Assembly: GCF_964355755.1 (NCBI RefSeq)
Contig: NC_092679.1
Span: 24,597,432 to 24,661,431, forward strand
DNA: 64,000 bases
From: Antedon mediterranea
Taxonomy: Eukaryota; Animalia; Echinodermata
Direction: 5' to 3'
In this document: piece after piece, positions 56,920 to 64,000 of the stretch
Layout of the letters: each line of letters begins with the position of its first letter
Numbering within the stretch: position 1 is the stretch's first letter
Program-made: the position numbers and the translations under genes
The notes under the pieces: model-generated
What the model was told of the DNA's origin: nothing
Seen by the model: only the letters and a program-made list of their open reading frames with translations
Database searches by the model: none

Positions 56920-58365
56920 AGTTAAATTTTCATAAATTAATCATTAGATATATAGAATTGTTTAAATTATAAATTAAACGTGTTAAAAAATAACTCCATA
57001 ATCTAGTAGACTTATATTCAGTCTCTGTATTGAATTGACAGGGTCTTTGTCTAAAAGATACTGTGCTAGTGCAGTGCAACATAGATGAGATAAAACTGGG
57101 GTATAAAGACACCCTTACAATAATAAAATGGACAATATAAAGTATGAAATAGTTGTATATAATAGTATAATGTTACCATGGCTTCTTAGATTTTAGGCTG
57201 GGTGAAGGAGAATTCATAAATTATGGTACATAGAGAATTGTTTTATGTAAAATTTGATCAGATTTGTTACATTTTTTCCAGATAATGTTATTACATGCAA
57301 CATACTAACACTAACTAAATAATTAGCCTAAATTAAGAATAAAAATGGTCCAAACTTCAAGCATAGTGTGGTACAGCACATGCATTATCAATCAATGTTG
57401 ATTTACAAGTGTCGTATAGAACAAATTATTTACTAAAATTCACCAAATTATCAAACACTATGAATCTTAATCGTCATATTTAGCATAACCAAGTTATGAT
57501 TTTATGATCACTATTACTTTCCATAACAACTTTGAATCAATCAATAATGTTCTTGTTAAAAAAAACACAAGCATTAGAAAGCATGAATTAAATATTTATT
57601 GATCTAAAAAATAAATAGAGTAGACTAAACAAAATGGCTAGAAAAGAAAAGAATTGTCCAAGAAAAAAAACTAAGAATTGCACTAAACGTTTGTGTATAA
57701 ATACGAAATGTTTTGGAAAGCAAAAACGTGATAAGAGTTTTACAAATAAATATGTGTCATACTATCCTGAGACAATAATCATAAAAAATAAACATAATTC
57801 TGATTATAGAATTGTTTAAAAAGTCAAAAAATATCATGGATGTAAACCATTTGAGTATCTCCTATTCTATATAAACTTGTTTAAATAATTATGTAATTTA
57901 AAGTTTACAAACATATACTGTATCTGTTCATTGATAACACAGGTTTTCTTTAAATAAACAGTACAATGTATTGAATGTATATATATATATAATTAAAAGA
58001 AGTCATTGTATTCATTCATAAAAATTGTTAAAAACTAATAAAATATTGGAAAATTTTTAACTTCTTCCACCGTTAATTAATTTGTATTAATAGTAACGTA
58101 AATAATAATATATAATTTGTAACTATACTACATGTTTTGAAATAAGTAATTCATAATTGAAAAAAATGTCCATTAATATCATGTTTTGTTTGGATAAAAT
58201 ATTAAATAATAATAATGGTCCACTAAGAAGAGATTGCACTAAAATAATATGTAGGATAAAATTCCTATAATAAATGTAAAGAAAATGGCAAAGGTAGATA
58301 AATAAAATGTTATAAAGTTATTAAATTTGTGTGCAGTTATACAACATTCTGCAAATTAGAAACCA

Positions 58366-58716
58366 TATTAAGTGTAGGAGTTGTCCGTAGTGTGCTGTCC
58401 CTTCATACATTTCATGGGGTCCTGGACCAAATACAGGAGCAAAGTGAAAGCAGATTAAGTGTAGGAGTTGTCCGTAGTGTGCTGTCCCTTCATACATTTC
58501 ATGGGGTCCTGGACCAAATACAGGAGCAAAGTGAAAGCAGATTAAGTGTAGGAGTTGTCCGTAGTGTGCTGTCCCTTCATACATTTCATGGGGTCCTGGA
58601 CCAAATACAGGAGCAAAGTGAAAGCAGATTAAGTGTAGGAGTTGTCCGTAGTGTGCTGTCCCTTCATACATTTCATGGGGTCCTGGACCAAATACAGGAG
58701 CAAAGTGAAAGCAGAT
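58366..58716. repeat. 87-bp tandem repeat, 4 copies, just downstream of the SAYSD1 stop codon
   Basis: ATTAAGTGTAGGAGTTGTCCG...GCAAAGTGAAAGCAG repeated identically. Confidence 0.96.
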
Positions 58717-58831
58717 TTATTCTGTTGTTTATCAACAAAACACACCCAGAGGGTACTGTAACCAGTTTTCTGGGTCAATTTAGCTGGAGACTCGGTTAGT
58801 TTGACCGAACTTAGTCCAGTGCGATCAGGTT

Positions 58832-59671
58832 TTAGTGTATCGAGCCTGCACCATGTAACAATTCTCGTTCAAATTGCTCTGCGGTAAACGTTCCATCAAT
58901 TCTTTCAAAATCACGATTAAACACTGAATACGCACTTAGTTCTCCATAGCGTCTTGGTATTCCAACTGTCATTGTGATATACATCAGATAAAATATACTC
59001 AACATGAAGAAGATGACGCCAAACTCAATGTGGATAAATAAAGCAAATAGTAGTAACCAGAGAAGAACCTTTAAGAATGTGGTATTGGAAATTATATTAT
59101 TGTTGATTATAGCTCTCACAAGTCTTGTATTCTCAACATACACATATAGATTGTTTATCCACCGATTTGGCTGAAATAGAAAAAAAAATGTAGTTTTAAA
59201 AAGATATAATTGTTTAGTTGTTTTTGCTTTGTTTGCCAAAAGAAAAGTCAGGAAACTAAAATTCAAGTTTTATTTCTATATGAATTGCACTTGATTTTAA
59301 AACCATTTCTTCAGCGCATATTCAACGGTGGATACACAATAAATAAAAATTAAGAACCGTAATACAACACATAATTCGTTCACGGTGTACAGTATATTGG
59401 CCACCATATTACAGTAAATAAAACATCCCTCTTGACAATGGTGAGTAAAGATGATGAAGAGTATAACCCCTGTACTCAATGACTCAAGGTTCCACCGCAT
59501 GATAGGTGTATGCTCACACACGTTTGTGCAACTTACCAATATCATTGGTCTTGTGGGTGTAATTGCAACAGGAGCATTTGCAGTGTCATCTGTAATACCA
59601 TGATGCTTTTCTGGGTTTTCTCGACGTTTTCTAGCTCTATATTCAGCCAACTGTTGTTCAATTCCTGACAT
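58832..59671 (-). CDS. SAYSD1: SAYSvFN domain-containing protein 1
   Basis: Exons (-) 59671-59537 and 59170-58832; MSGIEQQLAEYRARK, TM hairpin LKVLLWLLLFALFIHIEFG, LSAYSVFNRDFERIDGTFTAEQFERE. Confidence 0.93.
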
Positions 59672-61509
59672 TGCAAGGTAACTGAGCTCTGTGACACAAC
59701 TTTTATAGACCACTCTATGAACATAACAGTTTGCTGTAAATAATCATGTATCCACTGTCAAAATATAGGCTTTGTATTAGTGTATAATAAATAATTATTT
59801 TAGTACTGACCTAGCTATTCAAGATAGTACTAGGCTGTACTGTACATTATATTTAGATCACAGTCCCTAGTTTCGCCTAGCCAGCATATATTCATGAGTC
59901 TAGGCCTAGACTAGGCCAGGTATTATTAGTAATTAAGTATAGGCCTAGACTAGGCCAGGTATTATTAATATTAGTAATTAAGTATAGGCCTAGCCTACAC
60001 TCATACTGTAACAGTAAGTGTAATAAAACATTCCTCCTTCTACTGCCAGGGAGGCCTACTAACTAGTAGTATGTAGAGTATCTAGGCTAGATATTCTGGT
60101 GTGTAGAGCTTAATGGTCAGCTTAGTCTAGGCCTACAAGAGCACTGTCTAGCTAGTAGGCTAGAGGAGGAGGAAAGGGCCTCACTCGGGCCTCCTACCTA
60201 CCAAACAACTCCCCTTAGTATTAGGCCTACCTAGGCGCGCCTATCTATAATCCAAAATAATTCAGGTCGTTTCTTTCTGAAATAAAATATACCTTAACCT
60301 CCGTTATAATACATTTGTGAAAACAGAATATTACAAAATAATTAAATAAGAATACTATTAGGCTAATAAAGTACCCGTTATTCAGTTAGCAGCTAATTAA
60401 CTCCTCATCATCATCTCTTCCAGTTTTAAGTTAGCTTCACGCATGATCTGGCAAAAACAACAACAACATGATCTGTATGGGATTTCCCTTAATGTCGTCA
60501 TAATACCGATCCAAGAAAAAACAAAATAGGAATTCCGAACTGATTTGAAAATGTTATTTATTATTAAATGAACTGAATTAATTGAAAATTCAATAAAAAT
60601 AATAAGAGGCACAATAGTAGTAGATTATGTTATTTAGAATATTTTAGAATATTATTAGACTACTTCATAATGTGAAGAAGGCTGCCGAAAAATACAGATT
60701 ACCCTTTCAGCATTCACCCATGGTACCTCCATTTGTATTTTAACATACGTACTATATCAGTATGCTTATCAAATAATATAAAGTATACATTTCTCCTTAC
60801 GAAGCTAAGTTAATTTGATATAAACTAATACTGTTTTTAGAATAATTACTTTAACCAATTTAGAACGGTCCAGTACAAATTAAACAATGTGTTCATTTCT
60901 TTAAAAAACACAATTTTTCTAACCTTTCGATAGGTGATCTTATATTATTATTACCATTGTCGCACGTTTTTCTTTACTCTGGTTTCTCTGCGTGACGCAT
61001 AAATCTTTCGCCTTTTACTAAAGATTTCCGTGTAGAGGAACAACTATTGAGTTTTAATTCAATTTTTCTCAACCCTTGTTTTAGAACAAGGGTATTTATG
61101 AATATATAATATTATTAATAAAAATTATTGCTAATATTGCGAAAGACGTTCATGCGTGGCACTATACGTGGCGCTATATGTCATTTAAATATCTAATATT
61201 TATAAGTCTGCACGCACCTCAAATCTTTCCGGTTGGTAATTCTGCATCATGCATATACCTCATCGCCTTTTACTAAAGCTTTCCGTTTAGAGGAAAATAA
61301 GCAATTGGGCGAATTTGTCTTTCTTTATTTCTTTCTCTCTGTGTCTTTCTACACTGAATATTAACAGTACTATATTTGTTTTTCTGTACATCAGTAGTAC
61401 ACGGACTTTGTTCTCTGAAATAAAAGTTGATTGTTGATTGCGGATTTAATTAATTGCTTGATAAGCTAAATCAACTACAGTCAGAAGGAAATATTAATCC
61501 AATCATAAT

Positions 61510-61800
61510 ATGTATCCTAAAACAGAATAGGGGCCTACTTCTCTACTGTCTTGTCTCCCAATTACAAAACTTATATAAGACAACTTGAGGGAGTTCAGCG
61601 TAGAGCAACCAAATTTATTTTAAATAATTTTGAAGCTGATTACAAATGCAGACTTCAAACATGCAATTTAATACAATTATGTTATAGGCGTCACATTTTA
61701 CTGATATCGTTTTTCTTTTTAAGTTATTAAATTCTAATATAATTAATACTGACAATTTATTTAATATTCGTAATCCACAACGTGTTACTCGTAGCTCTTC
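61510..61800 (+). mobile_element. CR1-group LINE reverse-transcriptase C-terminal fragment
   Basis: SPNYKTYIRQLEGVQRRATKFIL...DYKCRLQTCNL...YRR matches the LExVQRRATK...Y..RL motif. Confidence 0.78.
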
Positions 61801-62329
61801 TACTGTTGGTGGGTACTTTCCTTGCCTTTTATACTTGTTTTGCCTTCTTTGTATTGTGTATGGCAGAAAATAAATAAAAAATAATAAGTTATGTAATACT
61901 ACTCGATATGGTCCATGCTTTATTATTGATAGAGCATTTCAGACTATATTTTACGTTACACAAAATGTCTACGGTACTACTGATTGTTAAACTAAAATAA
62001 TTGATAATAAAACACTATTTATCAAATTATTAAGTAGATATGAAAAAAGCATCATACAATTCGAAATAAACTTTTTTATCTCCTTCGATCTTGTAAATTT
62101 TATGTTTATCCCCCTCAATTTTAAAATTATGCTGCGGATTAGTTTTAGCGACAGAGGGCGCCCTAGAAAAAGTAAAATATACGTCATCACTCATTTGCAT
62201 AAAGGGATGGAAAGCTGTAAAATTCACATGTGATTGTCTTTTTGGGGTGGGGAGCGAAGAGAAGAAGAGAGGAATCACATTGTAGTCCTCTGTGTATAGG
62301 CTAGTATTAGCTTGTTTTTTTTTCAGAAT

Positions 62330-62366
62330 ATGATCTCGCGTGAGGGTGTAATTGCTGTACACGTAG
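62330..62366 (+). CDS. TASP1: Probable first coding exon of a threonine aspartase 1 / asparaginase-2 family gene (no further exon recognised in the window)
   Basis: ATG...MISREGVIAVHV-G|gtacat resembles the N-terminal xxVHxGAG motif; followed by the TAGGCCTA-rich sequence seen near other gene starts here. Only 12 codons. Confidence 0.45.
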
Positions 62367-63267
62367 GTACATACATACAATACATACTTGCTTGTATTTG
62401 TAGGTAGACCTAGCTAGGCCTAGGCCTGCACAGCCTAGCCTAGGTAGGCCTATTCCTTTTTGCTAAGGCTATTTATTGTTAAACAATATGGTCGACTTTT
62501 TTTTTGTCAATTAATTGCCAGAATGTTGTATTGTATAAATATGTTTCATTTTCCCAAAAAATGTTGAAACTAATATTGAGGGCAGTGTTATAACATCCGG
62601 CTGGCGTAGTCTAATAGAATAATAAGGTTAAATTAATATATTATTATTAATTTATTATTATATTTCCAAGGATCTTATTTCCACTAACGCCATTAAATGG
62701 TACTTGCTGAGTAATTAAAAAGCCATAAATATATATGGCTCTTTGTGTCTTGTGATTATGTCTAAAAGCGCCCTCTATAGTTTCAAAATAATAAAAAAAT
62801 AATGCTGATGTCATCATTTTAAGTAATTTATTACATACATAGTGTTATTTTCCCTACATTGAGGGTGCAATTTAGCAACAAACCAGAAAATCATGCTTAT
62901 GTATTAAATTACGAAAAATGATGACGTCATTGGTCATTTTATGCGTATGTAAAATCCAGGGAAAGTAAAATGAGGGTATGACTATGTAAAACGAAGGTTT
63001 TACAGTCAACCTTCTCATTTACGTATCCATTGGTCTGATGAGAGGCGTTCGTTCATTGCATATTTTGATACAAACAACAAATTACGAACCTAACTTGTGG
63101 CCCGAACGGGCTTCCGTAACTATATTTTAAAAGCCGCCACTTAATTATCTGGCGCCCGCCACTTAATAATTAGTACATGTCCCGTCACGTGACATGTACG
63201 TGCATTGGATCAGAGGCGATGTTGCATATGGAACGCCATCGCTGCCTCCGGGAGCAAACTTTAATTC

Positions 63268-63750
63268 TATTCGGCTCTTTTACAACCATTACGTTCGGCT
63301 CTTTTAGCATTCGCCGCATTTCTATTCGGCCCATTTACCATATTTACGATTAAAGAATAAGATGTGTTGAATAACCTAAAATTAATTCATCTTTTTACAA
63401 ATTTTGAGAGAGAAAGGGTATTATTATTGTTAAAAGTTAGGCTGACACTAGACTAGGCCATAAATCAAACCTTTTCTCTTTCAAAATAGTCAATAAGGTG
63501 GGACAATTGCAAGTTGACACATTAATCATGTCAATAAAATGATTAGTCATATTGAAATAGCCTTCAAATTCATTTAATTCAACCAACCAAACACTCTACA
63601 TGCTGCATCTATATGTTTTGTAAACTTTTCATAGACTCATTTCCAGCCGTTGATTTTCTTCCATTTGACGCCATGTAAAAGGTTAGAATTTAATTGCGCC
63701 GTATAAAAAAATAAAAAAGAGCCAAACGTAATGGTAAATGGGCCGAAAAG
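63268..63750. mobile_element. MITE-like element with repeated subterminal TTCGGCYC motifs in inverted orientation
   Basis: TTCGGCCCATTTACCAT and CCATTACGTTCGGCTCTTTT on the left are mirrored by AAAAGAGCCAAACGTAATGGTAAATGGGCCGAA on the right. Confidence 0.55.
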
Positions 63751-64000
63751 TTAAAATATTAAGTCTGGTCCGGACCGCATATATTTTACCTTTTCAAAGG
63801 TACTACTACAATCCGTAGCAGCAAGGGAAAATGTAATTCCCAGACAATAGTAGTTTTATTGAAAAATTTACAAACTAAGCTAAATTTATAGTATGGTCAT
63901 CAAGCTAGCCTTTGCAGTTCGCGATCAACAATGTCCTGTTTTCAATAAGCGGATGCACTCCAGCAGGCAGGGATGATGATTTCCTGGCACCGCCCTAGGC

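Noticed and set aside
58321-58799. ORFs with 29-aa repeats on both strands
   Set aside because: Products of the 87-bp tandem repeat; no synonymous variation or splice context
62145-62785. Convergent AGAGGGCGC motifs resembling CTCF sites
   Set aside because: Only the 3' half of the motif matches; too short to call without a PWM scan or ChIP data
63030-63095. CTGATGAG hammerhead core
   Set aside because: No stem II or correctly placed GAAA

Overview
AT-rich, intron-rich animal genomic DNA (invertebrate, possibly deuterostome; taxon is inferred only), so most ORF-track entries are single exons or spurious. Genes assembled by hand from splice sites: the 3' end of an unidentified coiled-coil gene (+), YLPM1 (+), an HHIP-like gene with an unusual C-terminal NTR domain (+), a C-type-lectin adhesion GPCR (+), ALG12 (-) head-to-head with COG2 (+), SAYSD1 (-), and a probable first coding exon of a taspase/asparaginase-2 gene (+). 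Non-coding DNA holds several PIF/Harbinger-type MITE families, LINE 3' fragments, Penelope-like hammerhead remnants and many minisatellites. Most notable: (1) the HHIPL-NTR architecture with a candidate alternative last exon; (2) four repeat structures at functional boundaries of the adhesion GPCR gene (duplicated GPS acceptor, inverted repeats around the TM1-TM2 exons, an array of splice donors, a minisatellite supplying the stop codon); (3) a G-U-stabilised hairpin with H/ACA-like boxes in a YLPM1 intron. No new multi-gene system can be demonstrated from sequence alone. Coordinates were read by eye and may be off by a few bases.
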